From IMG/VR virus record IMGVR_UViG_3300048083_000047, positions 1 to 35,324 of that record: a stretch of 35,324 bases of DNA; one strand, given 5' to 3'. This document shows positions 23,934 through 33,780 of this stretch, one piece after another; positions within the stretch are counted from its first letter, which is position 1, and each line of letters begins with the position of its first letter. The notes below the pieces were generated by a model. That model did no database searches and was not told where the DNA came from. It worked only from the letters and a program-made list of their open reading frames with translations. This DNA is from a virus (Duplodnaviria > Caudoviricetes). The translations under genes and the position numbers were made by a program.

Positions 23934-25193
23934 ATGCCCCGGACCACCGACCCCGACGCGACCGCCGCCGCCCTCGCCGTTCTCGCCGGCGACGCGCCAC
24001 GCGATCGGGCCGAGCACCGCAGCTCCTGGTGGGGCGGCGCGGCGGCCCAGACCTTCTCGCCGTTCCTGTGGTTGTCAGCCCACACCGGCGCGGATACCGG
24101 CATCACGGTCACGCCTGAGTTGGCCCTTACCTGCAGCGCCGTGTATGGCTGTGTCTCGGTGATCTCTTCGGCGATCGCAGGCTTGCCGCTGCACGTGGTC
24201 GATCGCCAGACCGAGCAGCGGGTGGATCACGAACTGCAAGACCTGCTCGACGAGCCCAACGGCGACATGACTTCCGCCACCTTCTGGGAAACCTACTGCG
24301 TCAACCTGCTCACCCACGGCAACGGCTACGCGGCAGTGCCCCGCGACGCCCGGTACCGGCCGACCCAGATGCTGCCGATGCGGTCCGCCGACACGGAGCC
24401 GCGCCGTCAGGACGGCCGGCTCCTCTACGTCAACCGCACCGGCGACCGCACCTACACGCTGCGGCCTGACCAAGTGCTCTTCACCCCCAACATGAGCTTC
24501 GACGGCATCTGCGGGATCTCGCCGATCGTCGCCGCCCGCTCGGCCGTGGGGCTGTCGCTGGCCCTGGAGCAGTTCGCGGCCCACTTCTTCAAAAACGGGG
24601 CCAACGTCCAGAGCATTCTCGAACTGCCGATGATGAGCGACGCGGCCCTGGCCGAGTTCAAGCGTCGCTGGCAATCCGAGTACGCCGGCATCGAGAACAG
24701 CCACAAGACCGCGGCCGCCCCGGGACTCAAGGCCCACCGCACCGGCGTGTCACCGGAAGAGGCCCAGGCGCTGGACTCCCGCGTCCACCAGGTCCGCGAG
24801 GTCTGCCGCATCTACCGCGTGCCGCCGCACAAGGTGATGGACCTTGAGCGTGCCACCTTCTCCAACATCGAGGAGCAGAACCGCGACTTTGCCGAGAACG
24901 CCCTGCGCCCCTGGGTGGTCAAGATCGAGCAGGCCCTGTGCCGCGTGCTGCTCCGCGAAGACGAGAAGCGCAAGCTCCGCATCAAGTTCAACCTGGACGC
25001 CGCGATCCGGGCCTCACTCAAGGACCGCATGGACGCCGACGCCAAGGGCGTGCAGGCCGGCATCCTCACCCCCAACGAGGCCCGCTCCCACCACGGGCTG
25101 CCGCCGGTCGACGGCGGCGACAAGCTGCTATCGCCCATGAACATGAAGCCGGCCGACCAGCGCGGCCACGAAAACCCAGCGCCGGCCGCATGA
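23934..25193 (+). CDS. Portal protein, HK97 family
   Basis: SAVYGCV..IS..IAGLPL, GNGYA, GISPI, FFKNGA, ATFSNIEEQ, TPNEAR..GLPP..GGD. Confidence 0.96.
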   Translation: MPRTTDPDATAAALAVLAGDAPRDRAEHRSSWWGGAAAQTFSPFLWLSAHTGADTGITVTPELALTCSAVYGCVSVISSAIAGLPLHVVDRQTEQRVDHELQDLLDEPNGDMTSATFWETYCVNLLTHGNGYAAVPRDARYRPTQMLPMRSADTEPRRQDGRLLYVNRTGDRTYTLRPDQVLFTPNMSFDGICGISPIVAARSAVGLSLALEQFAAHFFKNGANVQSILELPMMSDAALAEFKRRWQSEYAGIENSHKTAAAPGLKAHRTGVSPEEAQALDSRVHQVREVCRIYRVPPHKVMDLERATFSNIEEQNRDFAENALRPWVVKIEQALCRVLLREDEKRKLRIKFNLDAAIRASLKDRMDADAKGVQAGILTPNEARSHHGLPPVDGGDKLLSPMNMKPADQRGHENPAPAA

Positions 25194-25237
25194 CCAAGCC
25201 TCGCCGCAACCGGGCGTACCTACCGACGAAGCCATGA
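25190..25237 (+). CDS. 15-codon minigene linking portal and protease
   Basis: MTKPRRNRAYLPTKP; ATGA overlap with the portal stop and with the protease start. Confidence 0.35.
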   Translation: MTKPRRNRAYLPTKP

Positions 25238-25866
25238 TCGAATTGCGTCACATCCCGTTCCAGGAGCTGCGGGCCGAGCCCGACCCCGCGGCCTCCAAGC
25301 CGGACGACGGCGGGCAAGCGGTCGAGAATCGCCTGGTCGGCTACGGCATCGTGTACGACTCCCCGACCCGGCTCTTCGAGGACTACTTCGAGCAGTTCGC
25401 CCCCGGCGCTTTCGCCGACTTCCTCGCCAAGAACCCCACCCCCGACGTGCGGGCCCTCCTCGAACACGACCGGCGCAGCCTTCTCGCCCGCACCAGCAAC
25501 CAGACGCTCACCCTGAAGGAGGAGCGCCAGGGGCTGGCGTTCGAGATGCACGTCAACATCGACACCAGCCAGGGCCGCGACGCGGTCGCCATGGTCAAAC
25601 GCCAAGACATCAAGGGCATGAGTGTGGGTTTCCGGTCGGTGGACGAACGCATGGAGGAGCGCGAGGACGGCACCTACCTCCGCACCGTGCTCAAGGCGGA
25701 TCTCGACGAAATCTCACTGACCAGCATCCCCGCCTACGACGACACGTCGATCGAGCAGCGCGTGGCCCCGGCCACGCTGGAGCAGCTCAAGGCCCTCAAG
25801 TCCCGCCCCCACCCCGCCGCCCTCGCCCGCCGCCGGCAGATAGACCTGCTGCGGGCCACCATTTGA
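25234..25866 (+). CDS. HK97-family prohead protease
   Basis: LVGYGIVYD, EQFAPGAF, LLEHD..LLART, GMSVGF, EISL..PAY. Confidence 0.95.
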   Translation: MIELRHIPFQELRAEPDPAASKPDDGGQAVENRLVGYGIVYDSPTRLFEDYFEQFAPGAFADFLAKNPTPDVRALLEHDRRSLLARTSNQTLTLKEERQGLAFEMHVNIDTSQGRDAVAMVKRQDIKGMSVGFRSVDERMEEREDGTYLRTVLKADLDEISLTSIPAYDDTSIEQRVAPATLEQLKALKSRPHPAALARRRQIDLLRATI

Positions 25867-25905
25867 ACCACACCGCCCACCCAGCCCCATCACCGGAGAT
25901 CGCCC

Positions 25906-27213
25906 ATGATCCTGTGGAAGAAACGCAAAGAGCTCAACGAGCAGCGCGCCGACGTCGTCAAGCAGATGCAGAACCTGGTCGGCCCCGAGGGCGGCAACAC
26001 CCTCACCGCCGAGCAGGACAAACAGTTCGGCGAGCTGCGGGCCAAGGCCGACGAACTGGGCAAGGCGATCGCTCGCCTTGACACTTTGCACGAACTGGAT
26101 GAGGCGGGCCGCGACGACATCGGCGAGGGCGATGTCGAGCAGCGCGGCCGGCTGGGCCTCACCGACAAAGAAAAGCGACAGTACTCGATCCAGCGCGTGC
26201 TGCAGCACTTGGCCGAGGGGCGCTCGGTCGACGGATTCGAGCGGGAGATGTCCGACGAGGTCGAGAAACGCAGCGGCAAGAAGCCCAACGGCATTTTCGT
26301 GCCCAGCGAAATCCTCTTCGCTCCCGTCGAGGGCTACGAGCGCCGCGACTTGAACACCACCGCCGGCGCTGGTTCGGTGCCCACGGTGAAGGCCCGCGAG
26401 GTGATACCGCTGCTGCGGGCCCGCCTCCTGGTCGCCCAACTGGGGGCCCGCCTGCTCACCGGCCTGCTGGGCGATCTGTCCATCCCCAAGCAGACCGCCA
26501 CGGCCACCGGCTACTGGGTCACCGAGGGCAACGCCCCCGACGAGTCCAACGCGACCGTGGGCCAAGTCGGCCTCAGCCCCAACACCCTGGGGGCCTTCAC
26601 CGACCTCACTCGCAAGTTCATCAAGCAGACCACGCTGGACGCCGAACAGTTCGTCCGCGAGGACCTGGCGGCCTCGCTCGCCCGCTCGCTGGACGCCGCG
26701 GTCATCAACGGCAGCGGCACCGGCGCCGAACCCGAGGGCATCCTCCAGGACAGCGACATCACCACGGTGCCCCTGGGCGCCGATGGAGCGGCCCCGACGT
26801 GGGCCAAGGTGGTCGCCCTGGAGACCGCCGTCGCCACCGCCAACGCCGACGAGGGCAACCTCGCCTACGTCACCAACCCCTTGGGCCGGGGCAAGCTCAA
26901 GGTGGTGGAGAAGGCCACGAACACCGCCCGTTTCCTCTGGGGCGACGACAACACCGTCAACGGCTACATCGCCCGAGCCTCGACGCTGGTTCCGGCCAAC
27001 CTCATCAAGGGCAACGGGTCCAGCCTCTCGGCCATGATTTTCGGCGACTGGTCCAGCGTGGTCGTCGGCATGTGGGGCGGTCTGGATGTCCGCGTCGATC
27101 CCTTCAGCCAAGCCGCCACCGGCGGCGTGCGGGTCGTCGCCCTCCAGGAGGTGGACATCGCCTTCCGACACCAGGAGTCCTTCGCCAAGTTCGTGGACAT
27201 GATCACCGCCTGA
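25906..27213 (+). CDS. Major capsid protein, HK97 fold
   Basis: N-terminal coiled-coil delta domain; WVTEG, INGSGTGAEPEGIL, IFGDWS, RHQESF. Confidence 0.96.
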   Translation: MILWKKRKELNEQRADVVKQMQNLVGPEGGNTLTAEQDKQFGELRAKADELGKAIARLDTLHELDEAGRDDIGEGDVEQRGRLGLTDKEKRQYSIQRVLQHLAEGRSVDGFEREMSDEVEKRSGKKPNGIFVPSEILFAPVEGYERRDLNTTAGAGSVPTVKAREVIPLLRARLLVAQLGARLLTGLLGDLSIPKQTATATGYWVTEGNAPDESNATVGQVGLSPNTLGAFTDLTRKFIKQTTLDAEQFVREDLAASLARSLDAAVINGSGTGAEPEGILQDSDITTVPLGADGAAPTWAKVVALETAVATANADEGNLAYVTNPLGRGKLKVVEKATNTARFLWGDDNTVNGYIARASTLVPANLIKGNGSSLSAMIFGDWSSVVVGMWGGLDVRVDPFSQAATGGVRVVALQEVDIAFRHQESFAKFVDMITA

Positions 27214-27224
27214 TCGCCCCGCCC

Positions 27225-27262
27225 ACCGGCCGGGGGCCTCCGGGTTCCTCGGCCGGTTTTTT
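27225..27262 (+). terminator. Rho-independent terminator after the capsid gene
   Basis: ACCGGCCGGGGG...TCCTCGGCCGGT stem followed by a T6 tract. Confidence 0.75.
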
Positions 27263-27287
27263 CCCAGCCCCAGTCTCGGAGGCCTCC

Positions 27288-27593
27288 ATGCACATCAAAC
27301 TCACCCGCGACGCCCTGGTCGGACTCGTGACCTTCGCGGCCGGGTCCGTCGCCGAAGTGCCCAACGATCGGGCCAAGACGCTCATCGCGCGCGGGCACGC
27401 GGTGCCGGTGACGCAGGCCGACATCGAGCGCACGACCTCCCCAGCGCCCGCCATCGAGCAGACCGACCAGCGCCAGCCCCAGGCCGAGCAGACGACCGCC
27501 GGTGCCGACGCCCCGGAAACCACCGACGCGCCCACGCCGGAGAAGCCCGAGGCCAAGCCCGCCGGAAAGCCCGCGGGCAAGGGCAAACGCTGA
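27288..27593 (+). CDS. Small head-associated protein (101 aa)
   Basis: GGAGG SD; GSVAEVPNDRAKTLIARGHA motif typical of genes following HK97 capsids; P/A/K-rich tail. Confidence 0.7.
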   Translation: MHIKLTRDALVGLVTFAAGSVAEVPNDRAKTLIARGHAVPVTQADIERTTSPAPAIEQTDQRQPQAEQTTAGADAPETTDAPTPEKPEAKPAGKPAGKGKR

Positions 27594-27639
27594 TCCGCGT
27601 TTCGGTCCAGACCACCCCTCCGAAAGACCCCGCCAGCGC

Positions 27640-28230
27640 ATGAGCGCCATCACCCTCGTCACCGCGCCCGCGACCCCGGCCGTCTCGATCGAGGAGGCGA
27701 AGGTCTATGTGCGCCTGGCAGGCGACGACGGCAGCCACAACGCGCTGCTAGCCAACCTGGTGGGGGCGGCCACGTCGGTGGTCGAGCGCAAGACCGGCCT
27801 GGCCCTGATCACCCGCACCTACGCCCTGCAGTTGGACGGATTCCCCGGCGGCGCCGACCCGGTCATCTACCTGCCCAAGCCGCCCGCCCTGGCCGTGAGC
27901 CTGGTCCGCTACCTCGACGACGCCGGCAGCTGGATCACGCTGGACGCCGCCCTCTACACCGCCGACGTGGCCAGCGTTCCCGGTCGCGTGGCCCCCGCGC
28001 CGGACACCGCATGGCCGGGCACCCGGCGGATGCTCGGGGCCGTCCAGGTGACCTATACCGCCGGCTACGGCCCCGCCGCCTCCGACGTGCCCGAAGACCT
28101 GCGCTTGGCCATCCTCATGCTGGCGGGCCACTGGTACGACAACCCCACCGCCGCCTCGTCCATGTCGCTATCCGAAGTGCCGATGGCGTTCGCCGCGATC
28201 CTCGAGCAGCACGCCATGCCCCGCGTCTGA
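27640..28230 (+). CDS. Head-tail connector (gp6/phiE125 gp8-like)
   Basis: PAVSIEEAK..R, VERKTGLALITRT, VTYTAGYG...VPEDLRLAILMLAGHWYDN. Confidence 0.9.
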   Translation: MSAITLVTAPATPAVSIEEAKVYVRLAGDDGSHNALLANLVGAATSVVERKTGLALITRTYALQLDGFPGGADPVIYLPKPPALAVSLVRYLDDAGSWITLDAALYTADVASVPGRVAPAPDTAWPGTRRMLGAVQVTYTAGYGPAASDVPEDLRLAILMLAGHWYDNPTAASSMSLSEVPMAFAAILEQHAMPRV

Positions 28231-28239
28231 GGAGGTTCC

Positions 28240-28569
28240 GTGCGCACCGGCCAGCTCCGCCAACGCGTCAAGCTCCTGCGGGCCCGCGTCACCCGCGACG
28301 CCCGCGGCCAGGAGGCCACCGTCTTCGACCAAGCCGCCGCCCTGTGGGCCGACCTGCGCCCGCTGGCCGGCCGCGAGGCCGTCTCGGCCGCCGCGCTGCA
28401 GACCACCGCCCAGGCGACTTGGCGAGCGACGATCCGCTGGACCCCCGGCCTCGTCGTCACCACCGCCGACCGCGTGGGCTACGCTGGCCGCACCTTCGAC
28501 ATCCTGGCCGTGCTGGACCTCAACGAGAGCCACCACGCCGTGCAACTGGACCTGAAGGAACACGCGTGA
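28240..28569 (+). CDS. Head closure / head-tail adaptor (SPP1 gp16-like)
   Basis: GQLRQRV, WA..PL.GRE, IRW, RV...GRTFDI; synteny. Confidence 0.9.
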   Translation: MRTGQLRQRVKLLRARVTRDARGQEATVFDQAAALWADLRPLAGREAVSAAALQTTAQATWRATIRWTPGLVVTTADRVGYAGRTFDILAVLDLNESHHAVQLDLKEHA

Positions 28570-28985
28570 GCGCCGACATCACCTTCGACGAAAAGAAGCT
28601 GATGGCCCTGTTCGGGTCGCTCCCCGACAAGGTGGCGAACAAGGTGGCCCGCCGCGCGGTCAACGCCGGCGTCACCGTGGTCAGCCGCGCCATCCGTAAC
28701 GAGACGCCGGTGCAGGAGGGCACGCTCAAGAAATCCATCGGTAACAAGGTCAAGCAGTACGGCCGCCACCGCGACCGCACCGTCGCCATCATCGGCCCCC
28801 GGATCAGCGGCGGCCACCGCGGCTTTCATGGTCACTTGGTCCACAACGGCCACGTTGCCGTCGACGGCTCTTTTGTGGCGGGCAACCCCTTCGTCAGGCG
28901 GACCATGGACGCCGTCGGTGAACTGGCCCAAGCCCGCCTCCGCGAGCAACTGGCCGGGGGCATCGAACGGGAGGCCGCGTCGTGA
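28566..28985 (+). CDS. HK97 gp10-like tail component
   Basis: RRAVNAG...PVQEGTLKKSI...HLVHNG...PFVR; GTGA overlap. Confidence 0.85.
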   Translation: MSADITFDEKKLMALFGSLPDKVANKVARRAVNAGVTVVSRAIRNETPVQEGTLKKSIGNKVKQYGRHRDRTVAIIGPRISGGHRGFHGHLVHNGHVAVDGSFVAGNPFVRRTMDAVGELAQARLREQLAGGIEREAAS

Positions 28986-29431
28986 TCGAACAGGTCATCC
29001 AGGCCCGACTCTCCACCTCCGCGCCGGTGGCCGCCATCGTCGGCACGCGGATCCACTTCGCCCAGCGCCCCCAGCGCTACCCGCTGCCGGCAATCGTGAT
29101 CCAACGCGGCAGTGCCCAGCGCCCCCACCACTTCAAGGGCGCCGCGGGCACGGTGCGGGGTTTCGTGCGGGTGACGTGCTTGGCGTCCACCTACCTGGCC
29201 GCCCGCGAGCTGGCCGACGCCGTCCGCAACCGCCTGGATGGCTTCGCCGGCGACGTCGCCGTCCAGAACGCAGTCGGGGCCAACACCACCGTCGCTGTGC
29301 AGTACCTCATGCATGATGACGCGGCCGACATTCCCAGCGACCACCGCGACGGCCAGGGCGACATCCTGACCCACGGCGTGCAGATCGACTTCCGCTACCA
29401 GCTGGCCGAGCCCGTCCCGTCGCTCGCCTGA
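28982..29431 (+). CDS. Tail terminator / completion protein (DUF3168-like)
   Basis: VAAIVGTRI...PAIV...ARELADAVRNRLDG; synteny. Confidence 0.85.
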   Translation: MIEQVIQARLSTSAPVAAIVGTRIHFAQRPQRYPLPAIVIQRGSAQRPHHFKGAAGTVRGFVRVTCLASTYLAARELADAVRNRLDGFAGDVAVQNAVGANTTVAVQYLMHDDAADIPSDHRDGQGDILTHGVQIDFRYQLAEPVPSLA

Positions 29432-29479
29432 CCCCACCCCCCGGCCCCGGCCCCCGCCGCCGCCCCCGGAACCCCAGCC

Positions 29480-29896
29480 ATGCCCAACACCGCCGGCTAC
29501 GGAACCAAACTCGAGTACGGCAGCACGATCCTCTCGGGTACGCCGACGTGGACCGAGATCAGCGGTGTGGACGAGATCACCCCGCCCGAGGTCACGGTCG
29601 AGAGCAAGAGCACCCGCCACCTCAAGACCGCCAACAAGTTCAAGACCAAGGCCCCGTCGTGGAAGGACGCCGGCTCGCTCTCGGGCGCGCTCTTCTACGA
29701 CAAGACCCAGTACTCGACGCTGTTGGGCTTGGTCGGCACCGAACGAGCTTGGCGGGTGACGCTGGCCGATGGGTCCAAGACCGAGTTCGACGGCTTCCTC
29801 AGCAAGCTGGGCAACCCCGTCGACATTGACGGCGACGTGAAGGTCGCCATCGAAATCACCCCCGGCGATCTGCCGACGTTCACGCCGGGCACCTGA
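29480..29896 (+). CDS. Major tail tube protein
   Basis: GTKL, WTEI, DAGSLS, WRVTLADGS..FDGF; position. Confidence 0.85.
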   Translation: MPNTAGYGTKLEYGSTILSGTPTWTEISGVDEITPPEVTVESKSTRHLKTANKFKTKAPSWKDAGSLSGALFYDKTQYSTLLGLVGTERAWRVTLADGSKTEFDGFLSKLGNPVDIDGDVKVAIEITPGDLPTFTPGT

Positions 29897-29955
29897 TCGC
29901 CCATTTTCCCAATTCGCTCCGGGCGTACGTTTCTCTTTCCAGGAGCCCAGCCCCC

Positions 29956-30330
29956 ATGCTCACCCGCGACGCCATCCTGCAGCAGACCCAACTCCCCGTC
30001 GAGGCCGTCGAAGCCTTCGGCGGAGTGGTGCATGTGCGCACCCTCATGGCCGACGAGCGCGACGCCTACGAGCGGGCCTTCCTCGACGCCAAGGCCGCGG
30101 GCAAGCCCTTCAGCGCTCGCGGGCTGATGGCAGCCATGGCCGTTTGCGACGCCGGCGGCCAGCGCCTCTTTGGGGCTGGCGACGGGCCGGCCCTGGGCAA
30201 ACTGTCGTCCAAAGAGCTCGACAAGATTTTCGCCGTCGCCACCAAGCTCAACGGCTTGGGCAAGGACGACGTGGAGGAACTCGCAAAAAACTCCGACGCG
30301 ACCACCGGCGACGATTCCTCCTTGAGCTGA
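29956..30330 (+). CDS. Tail assembly chaperone (G)
   Basis: LTRDAIL, V.VR.L..ERDAYE, CDAGGQRLF, KN end motif; AGGAG SD. Confidence 0.85.
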   Translation: MLTRDAILQQTQLPVEAVEAFGGVVHVRTLMADERDAYERAFLDAKAAGKPFSARGLMAAMAVCDAGGQRLFGAGDGPALGKLSSKELDKIFAVATKLNGLGKDDVEELAKNSDATTGDDSSLS

Positions 30331-30623
30331 GCGACCGGTGGGGCTGCACGGTGCGGGAGATGCTCTCCCGCATTGACAGCCGCGAACTGTCCGAACGCAT
30401 GGCCCTGGAGCGAATCAACCCCCGCGGCGAGGATCGGGCCGATCTGCGGATGGCCATGATCTGCCGCGAGTTGCACCACACGGGCTTCGCCGGCAGCAGC
30501 CGGGCCACGCTGGCGGCCTTCCTGCCCGAGTTCGGGCGTGAACGCCGCCAGAGCCTCGACCAGCAGAAGGCGGCTTGGATGGCTTGGGTGGCAACGTGCG
30601 GGGGGACCATCACACAGAGGTGA
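29956..30623 (+). CDS. Tail assembly chaperone GT (frameshift product)
   Basis: -1 frame LRRDHRRRFLLELSDRWGCTVREMLSRIDSRELSE...P.GEDRADLR is typical of T segments. Confidence 0.8.
30285..30291 (+). other. -1 programmed ribosomal frameshift site A_AAA_AAC
   Basis: GCA AAA AAC in the G frame; the -1 frame is open to 30623. Confidence 0.85.
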
Positions 30624-30626
30624 CCT

Positions 30627-32492
30627 GTGGCCACCATCGCCAGTCTCAACTCGAAGCTCACCCTCAACACCGCCAACTTCCGCACCGGTCTGCAGAGCGC
30701 GACCAGGTCGGTGCGGGATTTCGCCGGCAACGCTCGGTCAAGCGTCTCCTCGATCACCGGTAGCATCTTCAACATGCGCAACCTGGTGGCCGGCATCGCC
30801 GCCGGGGCCACTGTCGCCCTCATCAAGAGCCAGATGGACAGCATCGACGCCACCGCCAAGGTGTCCGATGCCATCGGCATCCAGACCGAGAAGCTCATCG
30901 GCCTCCGCCACGCCTCGGGCCTGGCCGGCGTCGGGCAGGAGCAGCTCGACAAATCGCTCAAGAAGATGGTGCTCAACGTCGCCGACGCTCAGCGCGGCAG
31001 CGGCGAGGCCGCAGCCGCGTTCGCGGAACTGGGCCTGTCGGCCGAGCAACTCGCCACCATGACCCCCGACCAGCAGTTCTCGGCCATCGCCGACGGCCTG
31101 GCCGGCGTCGAATCGCAGAGCCAGAAGGCGGCCCTGTCCTACAAGATATTCGGCCGTGAGGGCGTCAATCTGCTCAACGTGCTCAACCTGGGCAGCGAAG
31201 GATTGGCCGCGTCCCAGGCCGAAGCCGAAAAACTCGGCCTCACCTTCAGCCGCATCGATGCCGCCAAGGTGGAGGAGGCCAACGACGCCATCACTAAAGT
31301 GGGCGAACGGATCACCGCGCTGGGGCAGCAACTGGCCATCGGGCTCGCGCCCTACGTCACGGCCGTCGCCAACAGTCTGCTTGATCTGGGCGGCGATGGT
31401 CAGACGATGGCGGAACGGATGACCGGGGGTTTTGAGTGGGTTGCCTCCGCCATCGCCAAAACCGCCGACTACCTCGAGCTTCCCAAGGCCGCGTTTTACG
31501 GCCTCCGCTCGATTGTCAACTATGTGCTGGGCGGTGTCGTCAAGAGCCTGGGCTGGGTGCAGGACAAAATCACCTCGCTCTTTGAGACCCTCATCGGCTA
31601 CGCACGCAAGGTCCAGTTCCTCCTTCCCGACGCGATGGTGGCCGCCCTCGACGCCGTCGACGCCGCAGTGAAGCACAGCCGCGCCGGCGCCGACCTCGCC
31701 GACATGTTCGCCAACAACCTGCTGGACGCGGCCAAGGCCGATGGACAGGCTGCCAGCGCCGCCGCCAACGCCTTTCTCGACGGCGCAAACTCGAAGGCGA
31801 TCAAGGATGTCTTCGCCGGCATCAAGGCCAGCGCCGCCGCCAACGCCCAAGCCATCGCCGACGGCGCCAAGGCCCGCATGGACGCCAGCGCCGGCGCGTT
31901 TGATGATCTGGAGGCCGACGCCGGCAAAGCCTCAAAACTCGCCGACGCTCTGGCCGGCATCCAGACCCAACTGGACCGCTTCGGCATGAGCGATGTCCAG
32001 ATCAAACTAGCCGACCTGACGGAACTGGGCGCGACCACCGAGCAGCTCGACGCGGCCCGAGCGCAACTGGAAAAAATCAAACGACTGGGCGACGAACAAA
32101 AACGCGGCGAGGCGATCGCCTCCACCCTTGAGGAGTTGGAGAGCCAGGTTCGCACCTTCGGCCTGAGCAGCGAGGAAAAGCAACTGCTGGACCTGGAAGC
32201 CCTGGGCGCCAGCGAAGACCAACTGGCCCGGGCCAAGGCCGCGATGGAGTCCCTGAGGGAACTGCAGGCCGAGCAGGACTCCCGCACCGCCGGCGGCGAA
32301 CAGGGCGCGCTGGCCCGCGTCGCGGCCGGCTCGGCCGAGGCCCAGCGCCTCGCGTACCAAGCGGCCCGCGGCGCTGCCCAACGCGACGATGTGCCCAATA
32401 AGCAACTGGCCACCCAGGAGCGGATGGCCCGCACCCTCGAATCCATCGACCGCAAGCAGGGCGCCGGCGGGGAAGGGGAGTGGGAACTGTGA
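30627..32492 (+). CDS. Tape measure protein (621 aa)
   Basis: ATIASLN..L..NTANF start; Ala-rich helical composition; AFAELGLS, IFGREG; follows the chaperones. Confidence 0.92.
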   Translation: MATIASLNSKLTLNTANFRTGLQSATRSVRDFAGNARSSVSSITGSIFNMRNLVAGIAAGATVALIKSQMDSIDATAKVSDAIGIQTEKLIGLRHASGLAGVGQEQLDKSLKKMVLNVADAQRGSGEAAAAFAELGLSAEQLATMTPDQQFSAIADGLAGVESQSQKAALSYKIFGREGVNLLNVLNLGSEGLAASQAEAEKLGLTFSRIDAAKVEEANDAITKVGERITALGQQLAIGLAPYVTAVANSLLDLGGDGQTMAERMTGGFEWVASAIAKTADYLELPKAAFYGLRSIVNYVLGGVVKSLGWVQDKITSLFETLIGYARKVQFLLPDAMVAALDAVDAAVKHSRAGADLADMFANNLLDAAKADGQAASAAANAFLDGANSKAIKDVFAGIKASAAANAQAIADGAKARMDASAGAFDDLEADAGKASKLADALAGIQTQLDRFGMSDVQIKLADLTELGATTEQLDAARAQLEKIKRLGDEQKRGEAIASTLEELESQVRTFGLSSEEKQLLDLEALGASEDQLARAKAAMESLRELQAEQDSRTAGGEQGALARVAAGSAEAQRLAYQAARGAAQRDDVPNKQLATQERMARTLESIDRKQGAGGEGEWEL

Positions 32493-33343
32493 GCGTCACT
32501 AGGGTCGAACTCATCAAGGAGACCTACGGCTGGACCAAGGACAGCGGAGCCCTGTCGGGCACCCGCATCTACCGCGTGGACGTGGACAGCCTCGACGACG
32601 ACTCCACGGACGCCTACGTCGCCGACGACGGAACCACATCCATCCCGTCCTCTGGCGATGCGTGGAAGGTCGGCAGCTCACTCAAGGTCGTGTCCAAACA
32701 AGTGGACGGGTTCGAGGATCACCAACTCAGCTTCCAGGTCACGGTCGGGTACAGTTCCAAGAGCGACAACAGCGGCGCCGAGATCGAAAACCCCCTGGCC
32801 AGGCCCGCCCAGTACAACTACGGAAGCTCCCAATCGACCGAGCCCTACTTCCGAGACACCGACGCCGCGCCCTGCGTGAACTCCGCCGGCGACGACTTCG
32901 CCGATCTGCCCCAGCGCGAGCGCTCCCGGGCTCGCATCAGCATCACCCGCAACACAGCCACCTTCAACCACGCCACAGCCTACGGCTACATCAACAAAAT
33001 CAACGCCTCGGGCGTGTCGCTCAACGGCGTGAGCTACGCAGAGCGCACCCTCAGGATCGTCAACTACGGCGCGCAGGGCCCCAGCGAAGAGAATGGCGTG
33101 ACCTATTGGGTGGAGACGATTGAGATCGACGTGAACGAAGACACCTGGGACGACAAGTTCGAGGACCGCGGCCTCGCGGAGTTGGCCAGTGGCAAGCGCA
33201 AGCCGATCCTCGACGCCACGAACCATCCCATCACCACGCCCTGGCCGCTCGACGGCGCTGGCGCAAAGAAGGCGTCGCCTGCCAACACCCCCGCCATCAT
33301 CACCCGCAAGCCCTACCAAGCCACCAGCTTCGCCTCCCTATGA
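32489..33343 (+). CDS. Putative distal tail / tail-tip protein
   Basis: Immediately after TMP, GTGA overlap, beta-rich; NSAGD motif. Confidence 0.6.
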   Translation: MSVTRVELIKETYGWTKDSGALSGTRIYRVDVDSLDDDSTDAYVADDGTTSIPSSGDAWKVGSSLKVVSKQVDGFEDHQLSFQVTVGYSSKSDNSGAEIENPLARPAQYNYGSSQSTEPYFRDTDAAPCVNSAGDDFADLPQRERSRARISITRNTATFNHATAYGYINKINASGVSLNGVSYAERTLRIVNYGAQGPSEENGVTYWVETIEIDVNEDTWDDKFEDRGLAELASGKRKPILDATNHPITTPWPLDGAGAKKASPANTPAIITRKPYQATSFASL

Positions 33344-33780
33344 GCCAGCCCAGCCAGACAACCCGACGCCGCCTGCGCCACGCCGCCGAGTTCGCGGAGC
33401 GCTTCCCCGCGGATAAACAGGGGCGACCGCGCGACCTCGGCAGCGGAGGCGTGGACGGCTTCTGGGCCGAGATCACCGGCGCCGGCGCTGGAACGCCCGT
33501 GGCCTACAACTGGAAGATGATGATCGTCGATCCTGCGGATGGATCACTGGGCGACGACCCGGATGGCGTGACGGGCACCGGGACCGCCTATGAGGCCACG
33601 GACTCGGCCGCCCCCACCGGCCTGCGTGCTTGGCTGCGCTTCGCCGGCTACAACGCCGCCGGCAATCCTGTGTATGTCTTCCAGAGCGGCGGCGGCCTGC
33701 CCGAGGGCGGGAGTCAGTACATGGTGTTGCAGCGCGACGCCGAGGGCAATGCAATCTGGGATTGGGTGAGGGCGCACTGA
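33340..33780 (+). CDS. Putative minor tail protein (146 aa)
   Basis: ATGA overlap; FWAEITG..Y.W; position in the tail module. Confidence 0.55.
   Translation: MSQPSQTTRRRLRHAAEFAERFPADKQGRPRDLGSGGVDGFWAEITGAGAGTPVAYNWKMMIVDPADGSLGDDPDGVTGTGTAYEATDSAAPTGLRAWLRFAGYNAAGNPVYVFQSGGGLPEGGSQYMVLQRDAEGNAIWDWVRAH

Noticed and set aside
20191-27171. Long minus-strand ORFs (20191-21564, 21977-24112, 25714-27171)
   Set aside because: Antisense to MTase, TerL and capsid; typical stop-poor mirror frames.
29432-29478. C-rich tract before the tail tube gene (G4 on the minus strand)
   Set aside because: Similar C-rich spacers precede several genes here; most simply unstructured translation-initiation regions.
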